Shown here: piece after piece, positions 60,443 to 62,827 of the stretch | Layout: every line of letters starts with the position of its first letter | Position numbering within the stretch: the stretch's first letter is position 1 | Source of the DNA: an uncultured Candidatus Saccharibacteria bacterium | Lineage (GTDB): Bacteria > Patescibacteriota > Minisyncoccia > Phycocordibacterales > JAACPR01 | NCBI GenBank assembly: GCA_964470825.1 | Contig: CAYYEF010000001.1 | Coordinates: 10,302-73,128 of the forward strand | Length of the DNA stretch: 62,827 bases | Reading direction: 5' to 3' | The notes under the pieces: model-generated | The model's input: the letters and a program-made list of their open reading frames with translations, nothing else | Database searches by the model: none | Told to the model about the DNA's origin: nothing | Made by a program: the position numbers and the translations under genes

Positions 60443-62167
60443 ATGCGTAAATATTTATTAGGCGCTTTCGCAACTACAGCATTATTTGCTTTTGTAGTTG
60501 TTGCTGACGCCGCAACATATACACGTGATCTAACTATTGGTTCAACAGGTTCAGATGTAGTAGCTCTACAAGACATGTTGATCGCTTCAGGAGATCTAGT
60601 GTTGCCAGCTGGAGTATCAAAAGGATACTTTGGTTCATTAACAAAATCAGCTCTTGCAAAATGGCAAGCTAAGAATGGTATTACACCAGCAGCTGGATAC
60701 TTTGGTCCAATTACAAGAGCTAAAGCAGAAGGTTCATCAACATCAACAGGTGGTTCATCAACAGGTGGTTCATCAACTTCACTTAAAGGTGGAGACGGAG
60801 ATGTTCAATCAGTAGATAAAACTACTTCAGGAACAGAAACAACTCTTGGAGAAGGTAAAACAGAAGATGTTCTAGGTTTCGATCTAGAAGCTGATGACAA
60901 CTCAGATCTTGACGTAACTTCAGTTCGAGTTGAAATTACAACAGCAACTGGAGAAACATCAAGAATTAGCAAATACCTTGATTCAGCAGCTATCACTTTA
61001 GATGGTGAAGAAGTTGGTTCAGTAGATGCTTCTGATTTTTCAAGAACAGGTTCAGTTTCAAAAGCAACAATCGCTCTTAAAGATGCAGTTGTAAAAGCTG
61101 GTGAAAAAGGACGATTCTACGTAACTCTTACAGCAGCTGATTCAATTAACGACTCAGAACTAGATGCAACACTAGATGTTGTAGTAGATCGAGTTAGAGT
61201 TGAAGATGCTAACGGAGCAGTTCTTACAGAAGATGTTACAGGAGTTGACGCAACAGTTGACTTCGAAGATGCAACAGCAAACGATGATGCAAGAATCAAA
61301 TCAGATTCTGCAACTCGAGAAGCTGGTCTTCTAAAAGTTGAAGAAAACAAAACATCAGAAGATTATGATCTAGTATCATTTAAATTTGATGTTGATCAAG
61401 ATTCATCAGATCTTGTTGTAACAGAACTTCCAGTTGAATTAACTATCGTTAATGGTTCATCAACAGGTGCTCTTAATATTGAATCAATGATTCAAGATCT
61501 ATGGGTAGAAGTTGATGGAAACAAATACGATGATTATGCATGGGGAACAAACGTATCAGTTGCAGCAGGAGCAACAGAAGTTGCTACAGCTACAATTTCA
61601 ATCGATGAAGGTGATTTAGAAATCGCTTCAGATGATGTAGTGGATGCAGTTGTGTTTGTTAAGCTTGCAAAACAATCAGGAAACTATGCTGAAGGTACAA
61701 AAATCACAGCAAAAGTTACTGGTTCACAAATCGACGCTGAAAACACAGAAGGAGATAACTTTGACGTAAGTGGAACAGTTACTGGTAAAGAACAAACACT
61801 TCAAATCTCAGCTGCTACAGTTGAAGATTACAAGTGGTCAGTAAACAACACTGGAAACATTGTTGACTTCTTCTTCACAGTTACAGCAGAAGATGAAGAC
61901 TTTAACGTTCTATCATCAAGTATTGCTTCAACAACATCAGGTACAGCAACAACTTCAGCTGGAGTTCTATCTCTAAGTACAGGTGACGCTGATACAATCT
62001 CTGGTGGATTCAAAGTTCTTGATGGAGATACAGCTACATTCCGAGTACGATACACATTGTCAGGTGTAAACGGAACATACCGAGAAGTGAAAATTACATC
62101 AGTTGCAGGACAAGAAGTGCCTAAGGCAAATCAAATCTCACCTACAGCAACTATTAATATTCAATAA
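60443..62167 (+). CDS. secreted peptidoglycan-binding, acidic T/S/V/D/A-rich surface protein (S-layer-like candidate)
   Basis: Signal peptide MRKYLLGAFATTALFAFVVVADA. PG_binding_1-like domain (GSTGSDVVALQDML...GYFGSLTKSALAKWQAKNGI...GYFGPIT). GSST linker, then about 450 aa with no Cys and beta-rich. Very uniform A/T-ending codon choice (TCA, ACA, GTT, GCT, GGT). Strong terminator downstream. Confidence 0.8.
   Translation: MRKYLLGAFATTALFAFVVVADAATYTRDLTIGSTGSDVVALQDMLIASGDLVLPAGVSKGYFGSLTKSALAKWQAKNGITPAAGYFGPITRAKAEGSSTSTGGSSTGGSSTSLKGGDGDVQSVDKTTSGTETTLGEGKTEDVLGFDLEADDNSDLDVTSVRVEITTATGETSRISKYLDSAAITLDGEEVGSVDASDFSRTGSVSKATIALKDAVVKAGEKGRFYVTLTAADSINDSELDATLDVVVDRVRVEDANGAVLTEDVTGVDATVDFEDATANDDARIKSDSATREAGLLKVEENKTSEDYDLVSFKFDVDQDSSDLVVTELPVELTIVNGSSTGALNIESMIQDLWVEVDGNKYDDYAWGTNVSVAAGATEVATATISIDEGDLEIASDDVVDAVVFVKLAKQSGNYAEGTKITAKVTGSQIDAENTEGDNFDVSGTVTGKEQTLQISAATVEDYKWSVNNTGNIVDFFFTVTAEDEDFNVLSSSIASTTSGTATTSAGVLSLSTGDADTISGGFKVLDGDTATFRVRYTLSGVNGTYREVKITSVAGQEVPKANQISPTATINIQ
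60731..60778 (+). repeat. short tandem repeat encoding the GSST linker
   Basis: GGTGGTTCATCAACA occurs twice in tandem (60749-60778) after a partial copy at 60731-60742. Encodes GSSTSTGGSSTGGSST. Confidence 0.7.
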
Positions 62168-62222
62168 TTAGTTGTTTAGGACAGATTTTGTCAAAGAGTT
62201 TAGAGTAACTTAAAAGCTCAAC

Positions 62223-62253
62223 AAAAAACCACTCCGAAAGGGGTGGTTTTTTG
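62223..62253 (+). terminator. rho-independent terminator with a GAAA tetraloop
   Basis: Stem CCACTCC/GGGGTGG (one G-T pair), loop GAAA, then TTTTTT. Confidence 0.8.
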
Positions 62254-62286
62254 TTTTGATTAAACTTTAATATATAATAAAGATAT

Positions 62287-62709
62287 ATGAAAATTTTATT
62301 TTTATTGCCAATATTACTTTTGTTTATTGTAAATATTACTCAAGCTAAAACTCTGGTTGATGAAAAATCACAGGGTAGTTTTTCAATAAATGTCTCAGAT
62401 ATTACATACTATAAAGATATAAAAAGTACTCAATTTACTTTAAACATCGAAGATATCAAAAATCTTCAAAATATTTCTTACTGGAAAATAAGCGCATATT
62501 GCGATAAAAAAATGACAATTCAGTTAAATCCAACAGATCCGGATATCTGTATTAAACCTATAAGGATTAAAGATATTTCTAATAATAAAATTTCTTTTTT
62601 ATTTAAAAATAAAACAAGTCAATCAAAAGATTTCTCTCTTAAAATAAAAGCTTTTGATAAAAACGGTAAAGGATTATACGGCGAATCTGTTGGATTTGGT
62701 TGGAAATAA
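62287..62709 (+). CDS. small secreted protein, hypothetical
   Basis: 140 aa with signal peptide MKILFLLPILLLFIVNITQA and a beta-rich mature part with two Cys. No family recognised. Confidence 0.6.
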   Translation: MKILFLLPILLLFIVNITQAKTLVDEKSQGSFSINVSDITYYKDIKSTQFTLNIEDIKNLQNISYWKISAYCDKKMTIQLNPTDPDICIKPIRIKDISNNKISFLFKNKTSQSKDFSLKIKAFDKNGKGLYGESVGFGWK

Positions 62710-62827
62710 AAATTCATAAAAAATTTAATTTTTTTTCAAATAAATTTTAATGGCACTTTTTTAAAATGCCACTATGATTTTTTATAATTACAATCAATTA
62801 AGGTTTTTAGTAATTTTAGCAATTTCA

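Noticed and set aside
1-62827. Alternative genetic code, CRISPR arrays, IS elements, prophage, defence systems, and inteins or introns.
   Set aside because: - Code: TGA terminates well-supported genes (pilN-like at 18084-18086 and the 12124 gene), and long genes are uninterrupted under code 11.
- Repeats and mobile elements: I saw no repeat-spacer arrays and no transposase, integrase or reverse-transcriptase motifs.
- Defence: no restriction, Cas or Abi-like signatures.
- Inteins: the only large in-frame insertion (in ileS) has enzyme motifs, not intein motifs.

Overview
This is an AT-rich stretch of bacterial chromosome (roughly one-third GC by eye, not computed), densely packed with short genes on both strands. 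The code is standard: TGA is used as a stop, for example at the pilN-like gene and the 12124 gene. Several traits suggest a small-genome Patescibacteria/CPR-like organism, which is an inference: a reduced PolA, pilMNO without a secretin, membrane-anchored Ig-like surface proteins, many small orphan genes and almost no Shine-Dalgarno sequences.

I call about 65 protein genes:
- Replication and repair: polA, holA-like, mutM, tag, ruvA, ruvX, recO, recA, ssb, ftsK, tatD.
- Translation: argS, ileS, glyQS, metG, efp, rpsT, rplS, rplK, rpsF, rpsR, secE, nusG, tsaE, and RluA-family and SpoU-family enzymes.
- One-carbon and dTTP synthesis: folD, folA, dCMP deaminase, a P-loop kinase, thyA, glyA, tmk, dut.
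- Envelope: murE-like ligase, amidase, VKOR, DsbB-like, DsbA-like, pilMNO and large surface proteins.

There are six tRNAs: Lys-UUU, Arg-GCG, Ser-UGA, Arg-UCU, Val-UAC and His-GUG. I saw no rRNA, CRISPR array, transposase, integrase or recognisable defence genes.

Items most worth a second look:
1. A complete histidine-phosphatase domain embedded inside isoleucyl-tRNA synthetase.
2. A roughly 380-nt unassigned structured RNA upstream of rpsF, with its own promoter and terminator.
3. A roughly 500-nt structured leader or ncRNA in front of an S-layer-like surface protein gene.
4. A genome-wide leaderless promoter-ATG architecture, with Shine-Dalgarno sites confined to orphan genes.
5. Compositional islands with foreign codon usage: the left edge, the polA-holA spacer and thyA.
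6. A phage-like dTTP gene supercluster that interrupts the rplK operon and contains a Cys-rich small ORF.
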